A stretch of DNA of 40,932 nucleotides. Source: a virus. The position numbers were made by a program, and so were the translations under genes. The stretch lies in the IMG/VR virus record IMGVR_UViG_3300043464_000933, positions 1 to 40,932 of that record, one strand, 5' to 3'. The notes beneath the pieces are model-generated. The model saw only the letters and a list, made by a program, of their open reading frames with translations. It ran no database searches and had not been told where the DNA came from. Positions 23,082 to 30,777 of this stretch are shown one piece after another. How positions within the stretch are numbered: the stretch's first letter is position 1; the number at the start of each line of letters is the position of its first letter.

Positions 23082-23408
23082 ATGAAAAGAAAACCATACC
23101 TCGAAGACTTCACCCTGCTTGAAGTAAGTATAAACGGCTGTGAATTTTACATTAACGGCACTGTGGCGTTTGACACCAACCTGCAAGAAGGTTATTTCGA
23201 CTTTGACATACCAGATATTGACATCAAGGAAATCCTTGTGCGTTCTGGCCATTTACAGACCGATAAAGATTTTATCAAGTTCTTCTGGCAGGCAGGTAGC
23301 TTGCAGATTGAAATGGCTATTGGTAAATTTTTAGAAACATATCACAGCAGCCTTCTTGAGGATGAGGCAAACCCTGATGAAATCTATGATAATCAAAAGC
23401 AGGGGTAA
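23082..23408 (+). CDS. hypothetical protein (108 aa)
   Basis: The internal ATG at 23082 (MKRKPYLEDF...) is preferred, because the longer track ORF (from 23049) would run through the promoter. Confidence 0.5.
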   Translation: MKRKPYLEDFTLLEVSINGCEFYINGTVAFDTNLQEGYFDFDIPDIDIKEILVRSGHLQTDKDFIKFFWQAGSLQIEMAIGKFLETYHSSLLEDEANPDEIYDNQKQG

Positions 23409-23461
23409 CGTATGGTGCTTTGCGAAGGCGGGGCTTTTAACCACTAAATTTAATTAGAAAG

Positions 23462-24196
23462 ATGAATGATATATTTAATACAGATGTTTCTTTGAAAACG
23501 GAAACCCCCGCTTTTGCAAAGCACGTGTTACCAGCAGTGCCTTCATCGGAGGTTTATTTAGAAGATTGTGTAACCGCATTAAAACGCTTTTCTGATAATC
23601 ATTTTGATTTGGCAATAGTTGACCCGCCTTATGGGATTGGTGAAAGTAAATCAAACTTTGAAAGTAGGGGTGTAAGTAGTGAGAAATGGAAACGTGGCAA
23701 GCCAAAGATTTATACTAAAAAAGATTGGGATAATGAAGCTCCAAATTCTGAATACTGGAATGAGCTTTTAAGGGTTTCTAAAAATCAAATTGTTTGGGGT
23801 GCAAATCATTTTATAAGCCGATTGCCTTACGATAGTAGTTGCTGGATAGTTTGGGATAAAGACACATCGGGAGATTATGCTGATTGTGAACTTGCTTGGA
23901 CTTCCTTTAAAACTTCAATAAGAAGAATAAAATTAACGTGGAGCGGTTTTAGAAAATGTGAAGTTGTAGATAGATTCCATCCAACGCAAAAACCTGTAAA
24001 ATTGTATGAGTGGGTTTTAAACAAATACGCTACTGAAGGTGATTTGATTTTAGATACTCATTTAGGAAGTGGAAGCAGTAGGATTGCAGCTTATAAAGGC
24101 GGGTTCAACTTTGTAGGATTTGAAATAGACCAAGAATATTATGAGAAACAAGAAAAGCGTTTTAATGACTTTAAGTCACAACTGCGGTTGTTTTAA
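23462..24196 (+). CDS. orphan DNA methyltransferase (N6_N4_Mtase family, 244 aa)
   Basis: IVDPPYGIGE, WIVWDK, FHPTQKP and DTHLGSGSS motifs. Same architecture as the methylase half of 4161..5387. AT-rich, with no adjacent restriction endonuclease. Confidence 0.85.
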   Translation: MNDIFNTDVSLKTETPAFAKHVLPAVPSSEVYLEDCVTALKRFSDNHFDLAIVDPPYGIGESKSNFESRGVSSEKWKRGKPKIYTKKDWDNEAPNSEYWNELLRVSKNQIVWGANHFISRLPYDSSCWIVWDKDTSGDYADCELAWTSFKTSIRRIKLTWSGFRKCEVVDRFHPTQKPVKLYEWVLNKYATEGDLILDTHLGSGSSRIAAYKGGFNFVGFEIDQEYYEKQEKRFNDFKSQLRLF

Positions 24197-24232
24197 CATG
24201 GTCGCTGGCATTGCTGGTAACTAAGATATACC

Positions 24233-24263
24233 CGCAATATTGCGCACTATTTTTACGTAAAAA
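24233..24263. terminator. weak palindromes in the convergent gap
   Basis: CGCAATATTGCG (24233-44) and TTTTTACGTAAAAA (24250-63). The stems are short or AT-only. Confidence 0.25.
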
Positions 24264-24270
24264 CGCAAAC

Positions 24271-27200
24271 CTATTTCTTCACCACCCTGACCCCTCGAAT
24301 TAAATAAACACCCGCAGGCATTTTACTCAGGTCAAATTTAATTCCGTCAATTTCTGTGATTCCATCGGTAGGGTTTGGATAGCCAAATCTGCTAATAGCC
24401 TGCCCACTACACCCTAACAACTCCACCTCACTTACCTGCATGAACGATGTACCTCGAAGCGTTGGGAAGGTCACACGGTATTTCGAGTAGCTAACGGTAT
24501 TGACAAACACTGGCAACACAACCCGCTGCCGTCTGGCTGTGAATAGTGGAACGCTTTCAGTTGCAACTTGAACCCAAACAAAGCCATTCCAGCCTTGCAG
24601 GTTGTAGCTGGCAGGATCACGCTCTGGCGCATCATTGCCAGATGTGATTGATAGTTGAACTACGGGGCTGTGCGTTCTTGGCACGTTGACAATAAAGCCT
24701 GAACCAAGCCCTGTAAAGTTGAGGTACTTAAAGTTCACGCTATTGTCAATAACCCTGTAAGGCTCTTCATTTAGTGGTGGTGGCCTGCTGTCAACTCTGG
24801 AGCCATTGACAATCTCAACCACATCACTTGGCTGTGTTACGTCTACCAATGTGTTGCATGGCTGCGGCTCAACCACTACATTCGGAGCGCAGGCCAATAG
24901 CCTGACTTCAGCTATTTGCATCACACTACAGTTCACACACGACCCACCAACAACAGTAGGGATAATCAAACGATAATGCCTGTAAGCAGTTGAGTTCGTA
25001 AATGCTATTTCCTGAGCTTGGAAGCGAGCTGTAAACAAGGCAACAGCACCAGATGCAATGGCTGTGTAATTCACCCCGTCCAATGAACCTGATAGCTGGT
25101 AAGAACGTGGATCACGTGTTGCTTCGTCATTAGCCGATACCAGCACCAAAGCCCGTACAATTGCCAGCGTGTCTGTGTTAATTGTCAATCCTGAATTTGC
25201 ACCTTGGAAGTTCAAGTACTTGGTGGCTGTGTTGTTGTCGATGGCTTTGGCTACTTCTTCGCCAGCAGGTGAAGTTGTGCCGATGGCCGTTATAGCGTTG
25301 GTAGGCTTTACGATGTTGCGCAAATTGGTAGTGCATGGCTGAACTGGTGGAACAACAATGCTGCAAGTGCGGCTTAAACTATCCGCAGGTGGCGTTCCCA
25401 CACATCCAGCAGGTGAAGCGGTAAAGGTTCGGGTTTGCACACCTGACACGCAGGCTGTCCATGCTGAGTAGGTGAATGAACAAGCAGGAGGTTGAACGCC
25501 ACCCGTTGATAGATTTATGTTGTCCAGGTAGATGTAATTGCCATAAGCAGAACGGCTAACAAATACAAACTGAACTGATGAAGCCGATGGAAGTCCACTA
25601 AGGCTTACCGTTTCCGTTCTCCATTGAGATGCTGTCGGAGTATATGAACTAACAAGGGATGGTGCAGTTGCAAGTTCAGCCCCGCCCTTACGATACACAA
25701 CTTGATAGCTTGTACCGCAATTGAGCAAGGCTAAAATGGTAAGGGTGTCAGCCCTTCCTGTGTATTGAGCATATGCCACATCAAATCTGAGTTGTGAAGC
25801 GGCCACGCCACCTAATGAAATTACAGGTGTGAACAAACTATCAAACCTTCCTGTTGAATTAGGCGAAGGGTAGTTCATCGCTCTTATGCTTTTTGAACTC
25901 GTGCCAAAGCCACCAGCAAGACTTGTTACCGACCAAGTGTTGTCTCCATTCGGATTGATAACTTCCCAGCCTGTTGGTATTGCAGAAGCAGCTTCGAAGT
26001 TTTGGCTAAATGGTGCATTGGTGTTTCCATTCAACCTCACCACGGCATCCTTGCCTGTATGTGTGCAACCGTTTTTAGTCACAGCAACATTGTAGGTTCC
26101 AACAGTAGATGCGCTGGCATTGGGTACGCTTATGCTTTGATTGGTAGAGGTAAAGCCATTTGCCCCAGTCCATTGGTAGGTAGCACCTGTTATACCTGTC
26201 ACGCCTAAATTGATTGTGCCGCCAGCGCAAACCCTTCTGGTTCCTGTTATGCTGTACTCTTCAATCTGATAGCCAGTCAGACAGGTAGCCGTGCTTACCC
26301 TTGACCGCATTAATGTAGATGGCAGCACACCAAACCCTTGTGTGAAGTCTATGCTTCCATTGGTATGGCAATAACTCATGATAGTGCCAGACTGCGGTAT
26401 TCTTGCACCCGTGTAGCATGTAGGTGAACCAAATGGCTCTACAGTTCCGCAAAAATCAATTGGTCTGCGTGTTCCATCAGGCCACAACCATCCACACCAA
26501 TGGGTATGGTTTGAACCTAAGTTGTGACCAATCTCATGGGCAATCACATTAACAGTCCACGAATAAACAGGGAATTGAGAATAATTCAATGCCGCATTAC
26601 TGTATGCAATATTGGTGGCACTTGTTGAGCTGCATAGTGAATTGAGGTAAGCCAAGCCGCCTAAGTTCCCAACTTTCAATGAAATCAGATGTGCGATGTT
26701 GCCATTATAAGTAATGCTTTGAATCCTTGTTCTGAACGCAGTAAGTGCAGCATCGGATGAAGTTCCAGGGTATGGGTCAAGTGTTGTCCAGATATGCAAT
26801 TGGCTCAGATTAACTTGTATCAAATCCCTTGCATACAGCAGCTTTATAATATTAAACACACCATTCACATAGTTGGTAGTGGTTGTGATGTTGCTACCAT
26901 TCTGAATGAAACCCTGATTGTCAATTTCAAAGTAGTTGTTTACAATTCTGCAACCAGCGGATTTGTTGTCATACATTTGCTCTTCCTGCTTGGAATCACC
27001 ATCAGGTGTGTGGCAGTTAAATGGATTCTTTTCTGGCAAACTCATATCGTTGTACACTACATGTAGAGCATTGGTTTTGCCAATGAACTTTCTATCCATC
27101 ACCCCAATGTTGTAGTTTCCGCTTGGAGTAGACACCATACCAAATACTTCGTTTTCAAAAACGCTGATGGCAGCCAGATGGGTAGGCTTACCCGCTACAT

Positions 27201-27516
27201 AGCCTTTGAAGTAAAACCCTTTAGCTGGTTGGCTTGATTTGCCATCCGATGTGGTAACAATAAAATCAGGTGAATGAGGTTCCCACAATTCCAATTCAAG
27301 TTGGCCTATGCCTGCTATGTTTAGCGAAGCCTTTTGGCCTTTGTAGGATTTCAGCAACTCATAACCTTCTTTGTTGAAGTTGAAGTATTGAGCCTGACTT
27401 TTCCAGCCTGCATCTTTGATGCTTTTGTTGGGTTGGAAGATCGGGTTGAGGTTGAAAACTTGGGCTTGTGCCATCGTAGACAGCACAAGCAGGAAGGTGA
27501 TGAGTGTGTGTGTCAT
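24271..27516 (-). CDS. secreted multidomain reprolysin-like zinc metalloprotease with T9SS-type C-terminal sorting signal (1081 aa)
   Basis: Signal peptide MTHTLITFLLVLSTMAQA-Q. HEIGHNLGSNH at 26524..26538. An Ig-like repeat (ATYQWTGANGFTSTNQ...GTYNVAVTKNGC) and a PTGWEVINPNGDNTW module. Two ~150-aa discoidin-like repeats (TKYLNF / FKYLNF ... RDP.SY ... FTAR). C-terminus: YPNPTDGITEIDGIKFDLSKMPAGVYLIRGVRVVKK. Confidence 0.8.
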   Translation of the reverse strand: MTHTLITFLLVLSTMAQAQVFNLNPIFQPNKSIKDAGWKSQAQYFNFNKEGYELLKSYKGQKASLNIAGIGQLELELWEPHSPDFIVTTSDGKSSQPAKGFYFKGYVAGKPTHLAAISVFENEVFGMVSTPSGNYNIGVMDRKFIGKTNALHVVYNDMSLPEKNPFNCHTPDGDSKQEEQMYDNKSAGCRIVNNYFEIDNQGFIQNGSNITTTTNYVNGVFNIIKLLYARDLIQVNLSQLHIWTTLDPYPGTSSDAALTAFRTRIQSITYNGNIAHLISLKVGNLGGLAYLNSLCSSTSATNIAYSNAALNYSQFPVYSWTVNVIAHEIGHNLGSNHTHWCGWLWPDGTRRPIDFCGTVEPFGSPTCYTGARIPQSGTIMSYCHTNGSIDFTQGFGVLPSTLMRSRVSTATCLTGYQIEEYSITGTRRVCAGGTINLGVTGITGATYQWTGANGFTSTNQSISVPNASASTVGTYNVAVTKNGCTHTGKDAVVRLNGNTNAPFSQNFEAASAIPTGWEVINPNGDNTWSVTSLAGGFGTSSKSIRAMNYPSPNSTGRFDSLFTPVISLGGVAASQLRFDVAYAQYTGRADTLTILALLNCGTSYQVVYRKGGAELATAPSLVSSYTPTASQWRTETVSLSGLPSASSVQFVFVSRSAYGNYIYLDNINLSTGGVQPPACSFTYSAWTACVSGVQTRTFTASPAGCVGTPPADSLSRTCSIVVPPVQPCTTNLRNIVKPTNAITAIGTTSPAGEEVAKAIDNNTATKYLNFQGANSGLTINTDTLAIVRALVLVSANDEATRDPRSYQLSGSLDGVNYTAIASGAVALFTARFQAQEIAFTNSTAYRHYRLIIPTVVGGSCVNCSVMQIAEVRLLACAPNVVVEPQPCNTLVDVTQPSDVVEIVNGSRVDSRPPPLNEEPYRVIDNSVNFKYLNFTGLGSGFIVNVPRTHSPVVQLSITSGNDAPERDPASYNLQGWNGFVWVQVATESVPLFTARRQRVVLPVFVNTVSYSKYRVTFPTLRGTSFMQVSEVELLGCSGQAISRFGYPNPTDGITEIDGIKFDLSKMPAGVYLIRGVRVVKK

Positions 27517-27523
27517 GTGTTTG

Positions 27524-27973
27524 TTAATAAAATGTTTTAGCGGTAGCTAACCACCAGTTTGGAAGATTGAAAATATAGGCAATGCTTTGAAAGCAGTTAG
27601 TACTTTTTTCTCCAGAGTAAATTTTTAGCAAAGTAGTCCAGTATTTTGCATCGTAACGATTGCCAAGAATAGTGTAAAACCTGCCTTCATCGAAGCCGCC
27701 CATGTTAATTACTGAAAAAGACCGTTGCATAGTTTTTTGTTCTGCTATCCATTGGTCTAATGTTCTTGTAATATGAAATCCAGAAATAGTGGATTCACAA
27801 ATATACAAGCGTTTATTTGACTCAAACGAGCGAACAAGTTGACAATGGTTGTATTCAGTATTCATTCCTTTTCTTAATAACCACCAAAAAAACTGATTCA
27901 AAATGTTTCCTTTTGTGTTGCGAATAAGAAGGATAGATTTATCTTTAATTTTAGTTAAATCGTCCTGCTGCAT
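27524..27973 (-). CDS. possible permuted papain-like (NlpC/P60-related) hydrolase (149 aa)
   Basis: His-then-Cys order: YNHCQLV...ICEST...STNCFQSIAYIF. The track start at 28015 is a TTG; the ATG is at 27973. Weak, by-eye assignment. Confidence 0.3.
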   Translation of the reverse strand: MQQDDLTKIKDKSILLIRNTKGNILNQFFWWLLRKGMNTEYNHCQLVRSFESNKRLYICESTISGFHITRTLDQWIAEQKTMQRSFSVINMGGFDEGRFYTILGNRYDAKYWTTLLKIYSGEKSTNCFQSIAYIFNLPNWWLATAKTFY

Positions 27974-28322
27974 CTGCCCAAAGAACTTTTTGCTCAAAAA
28001 TATCCCAGTGAACAATAGGCTGTGTTATCAGCGATACATAGTAGTCGAACTCTGTAATAACAGCGTCTTCACTATCTGCATCTACAATGTTGCCTTCTGC
28101 ATCAAGCCACGTGCTTCTGTCAGCAACAAGGCTTACCCATTTTGTGCCAAGCGGGTGTTTGGTAAGCACATCATCGACCATGTGCCACCTTTCTATGCGC
28201 ACACGTAGTTTGACGTGATGCCCGTATTCATTGTCGTTGTCGTAATCCAGCCCGCTATAGTAAGCGTACCTCTCGAAGCCTGTGTCGATTGTGTCGTTTG
28301 AAATTTTTACTGAGTTTTCCAT
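27951..28322 (-). CDS. hypothetical protein (123 aa), possible fibre accessory protein
   Basis: ATG verified at 28322, 1 nt (position 28323) after the upstream stop codon. Acidic. The call rests on context only. Confidence 0.4.
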   Translation of the reverse strand: MENSVKISNDTIDTGFERYAYYSGLDYDNDNEYGHHVKLRVRIERWHMVDDVLTKHPLGTKWVSLVADRSTWLDAEGNIVDADSEDAVITEFDYYVSLITQPIVHWDIFEQKVLWADAAGRFN

Positions 28323-28323
28323 G

Positions 28324-29178
28324 TTAAATTGCTCTTCCGAGACTTGTTTGAAATGCTTGAACTAAATTGTAAAATACTAAAGATTCTCTCGCAGTCAATG
28401 CGCTTCCAAGTGATGCAAAACATATACCTGCATTAGAAGGTATTGGATTTATGCTGCGGGAAAACAATAAAACAGCACTTGTAGGAACTGTTAAAGATCC
28501 ACCAGCATTAGACGCTACCGATATTCCGTTTCTGTAAAGTATTGTACTATTTGAAGCTGGACGAACCCCACAATAAAAGCCTGCTGTTGCAACACCTGAA
28601 CTTAATAGGTCTGTTGCATTTCTCGCATTTATTGTTGCACCTAAAAGCCCAGTTCCAAACCTTGCTATTTGAAAAGCACTACTTGTAACAAGATTTCCAC
28701 TGACCCCCATAACAGCAGTAGAATTGACTGTTGGTGCTACATTGATATACGCAGAAAGATGCACTGAACTTGTATTCGCCTGATTGATACTTGGCGTGTA
28801 AAATGTATTTCCAGCATTTCCTGCTGCACCAGTACTTTTACCTCCATCCTCTGTAAATGTTAATCCCGCTCCTGTCCACGATATTCTAAATGCTGCATCG
28901 GTATCTATTACATTTTTAAGGTTCCATTTGTGAGTTATGGCTGTTGTTCCGCCTAAAAACGGATACATAGCATCCATTTTATCCCAAAGTCCGTTGGCTA
29001 TTAAACTGTAAACAAAGTTGTTGCAGGCATCAATTCTGGCTCTTGAAGCAGCATATCCATCTGCACTCATTGCATTTGCCAACGCCATTACATTCGGATG
29101 TATAGATTCAGGAAACAAACCAAATGTAATATCACCAATAACTTTAACACCGATGCCTTGTATGCTTGTTAATCCCAT
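28324..29178 (-). CDS. tail fibre / receptor-binding protein candidate (284 aa)
   Basis: Beta-rich composition rich in G, S, T, A and N. ATG overlaps the stop of the upstream fibre gene (TAATG). The N-terminus GIGVKVIGDITF resembles the GIGYW.IED.FIV motif. Confidence 0.5.
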   Translation of the reverse strand: MGLTSIQGIGVKVIGDITFGLFPESIHPNVMALANAMSADGYAASRARIDACNNFVYSLIANGLWDKMDAMYPFLGGTTAITHKWNLKNVIDTDAAFRISWTGAGLTFTEDGGKSTGAAGNAGNTFYTPSINQANTSSVHLSAYINVAPTVNSTAVMGVSGNLVTSSAFQIARFGTGLLGATINARNATDLLSSGVATAGFYCGVRPASNSTILYRNGISVASNAGGSLTVPTSAVLLFSRSINPIPSNAGICFASLGSALTARESLVFYNLVQAFQTSLGRAI

Positions 29179-30776
29179 TAGTTTAAAAAAGTTGTCGTTA
29201 CAATTGAAGCAGTGATTGAATTGTCGGCATCTGCTGTAACCCAGTCAGCTTGCAAATCAATGGCAAGTGTGCCAGTGGTATCAATTGAGCCAGAAGTAGC
29301 ACTCACCTGAAAAAAGTTTAACAAATCAGTTCCACTATGATTCAATCTGCCTATGCCCATAAACTGCAAAGTTCCTGTTGCTCCTGCTGTTCTGCAAGTG
29401 AGAGTAAATTCAGCATCGAAAAACACATTGGTAAGTCCACCGTTGTGAGTAAACGTAATTGTACCAACTGCAACACCTCCAATAGTTAGCTTTAATGCAC
29501 AATCTTGACTACCAGTGTCTTGGCTGTAAGTTCCCGACACATAGATTTTTATTGTTTTACCTACTCCAAAAAAATTGGCAGGCAGTGTTGCGCTACCAGT
29601 TAGTGTTCCTAAAAGTGTTGTTGAAGTTGCTGTATTTACTACAGTTACGCTTGAGGTTTGAGCGAATACCCCTAAAGCTGTTAAGTCCGCACTTTTAGTT
29701 AAATTTCCTGATGTGTCAGCCACCAGTAGGCCAGAACTACTGCCCGTTGCAAAGTCAGGGTTTCGTTCTGCGGTAATTATTTTGGTATAACCAGAATCCT
29801 TGCGCATTGTAAGGCTGGTGTTGCTTGACACCGTGTCGCACCAAATGCTACCGTTTGTCGTTCCTGTTATTGTTACACCACTTGTTGGTGTAAGTACCAT
29901 CAAAGGAACTGAGCCTGTGCTTCCAGATATAGCAATTGCAGCTGAAAATGTTTTTATTCCTGCAAATGTTTGCGCCGCTGTCGTTACTACGCCACCAAAA
30001 GAAGCGTCCGCAGGTTGAAGGTTTAGGGTTGTGCCTCCTGTAATTGTTGCACCATTGGCATTTGGGGTAGCTCCAATTGCAGCCATTGTTGTTACGCCTC
30101 CTCCTCCTCCTCCTGCCAACGCCTGACCATTTGCCCGCAAATACCCTGTACACCTCCAGTTGCCACTTCCTTCGCTAACGAATACAGCCACATCACCCGC
30201 AGCAGTTGTTATGTTAGCAGTCGTTGGCAGAATAAGAGAAGTAGCGTTGTGGGTAAGAATTAAAGCACCCGAGAACCTAACAATTCTTACAGCTCCTGCC
30301 TGTGCAGTTCCAAGTGCTGTTATGGTTGTAGTTCCTGTAACTACTACGTAGTTGCCCGTTGCGGCTGCTATATTAGTTGTTCCTGCGCTGGCAATGTCTG
30401 TACCTTTTGCATCATTGACAGTTCCAGTCAATGAACCGCCTGCCAATGGCAGAAATGAACCACTACCCCCCTGAGCGGTAAAGGTGTTGCCTGTTATGTC
30501 ATATTCGCCAAATTCGCCAGTAGTCAGGTTAATAGCTGCGTCTGATATAGCATTAGCAGCCGTTGGAAACACTATTAGAACGTTGGAACTTGGGCCGCCC
30601 GTAAGTTGGTAAATTGTGTTTGTGTCCAAATTGCTGGCTGCAATCAGGGCTTGAATCTGCGCCCGTGTTTGGGTGACACCGAACTTACAAAGGTTTATCC
30701 AGTTGGCAAATTGTGCCTCTGTTGGTGTGTCGCCTGTGTTATAGGCGGCTAAAACTGCATTTCTTGTTGTGCTCAT
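29178..30776 (-). CDS. tail fibre protein candidate (532 aa)
   Basis: N-terminal TGDTPTEAQFANWI motif, followed by long G/T/A/S-rich repetitive beta-type sequence and a Gly6 hinge. Confidence 0.55.
   Translation of the reverse strand: MSTTRNAVLAAYNTGDTPTEAQFANWINLCKFGVTQTRAQIQALIAASNLDTNTIYQLTGGPSSNVLIVFPTAANAISDAAINLTTGEFGEYDITGNTFTAQGGSGSFLPLAGGSLTGTVNDAKGTDIASAGTTNIAAATGNYVVVTGTTTITALGTAQAGAVRIVRFSGALILTHNATSLILPTTANITTAAGDVAVFVSEGSGNWRCTGYLRANGQALAGGGGGGVTTMAAIGATPNANGATITGGTTLNLQPADASFGGVVTTAAQTFAGIKTFSAAIAISGSTGSVPLMVLTPTSGVTITGTTNGSIWCDTVSSNTSLTMRKDSGYTKIITAERNPDFATGSSSGLLVADTSGNLTKSADLTALGVFAQTSSVTVVNTATSTTLLGTLTGSATLPANFFGVGKTIKIYVSGTYSQDTGSQDCALKLTIGGVAVGTITFTHNGGLTNVFFDAEFTLTCRTAGATGTLQFMGIGRLNHSGTDLLNFFQVSATSGSIDTTGTLAIDLQADWVTADADNSITASIVTTTFLN
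29184..29190 (-). other. T TTT TTA slippery heptamer 6 nt before the stop of the 532-aa fibre gene
   Basis: The minus strand reads ACT TTT TTA AAC TAA TG. The heptamer is in X XXY YYZ phase, and the -1 frame runs straight into the 284-aa ORF. Confidence 0.35.
30097..30114. repeat. (CCT)6 trinucleotide repeat encoding the Gly6 hinge of the fibre
   Basis: Six perfect CCT units on the plus strand, which are GGA/AGG units on the coding strand. Confidence 0.9.
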
Positions 30777-30777
30777 C

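Noticed and set aside
24400-25400. The two ~150-aa internal repeats of the metalloprotease as a diversity-generating retroelement target (TR/VR pair).
   Set aside because: The repeats are diverged at most positions rather than adenine-specific. No reverse transcriptase or template repeat exists in the genome. They look like an ordinary discoidin-like domain duplication.
29848-30153. A 101-aa alternative-frame ORF with a poly-Arg run in the fibre gene.
   Set aside because: It is simply the (GGA)n/(AGG)n repeat read in another frame. It has no start context or slippery site.
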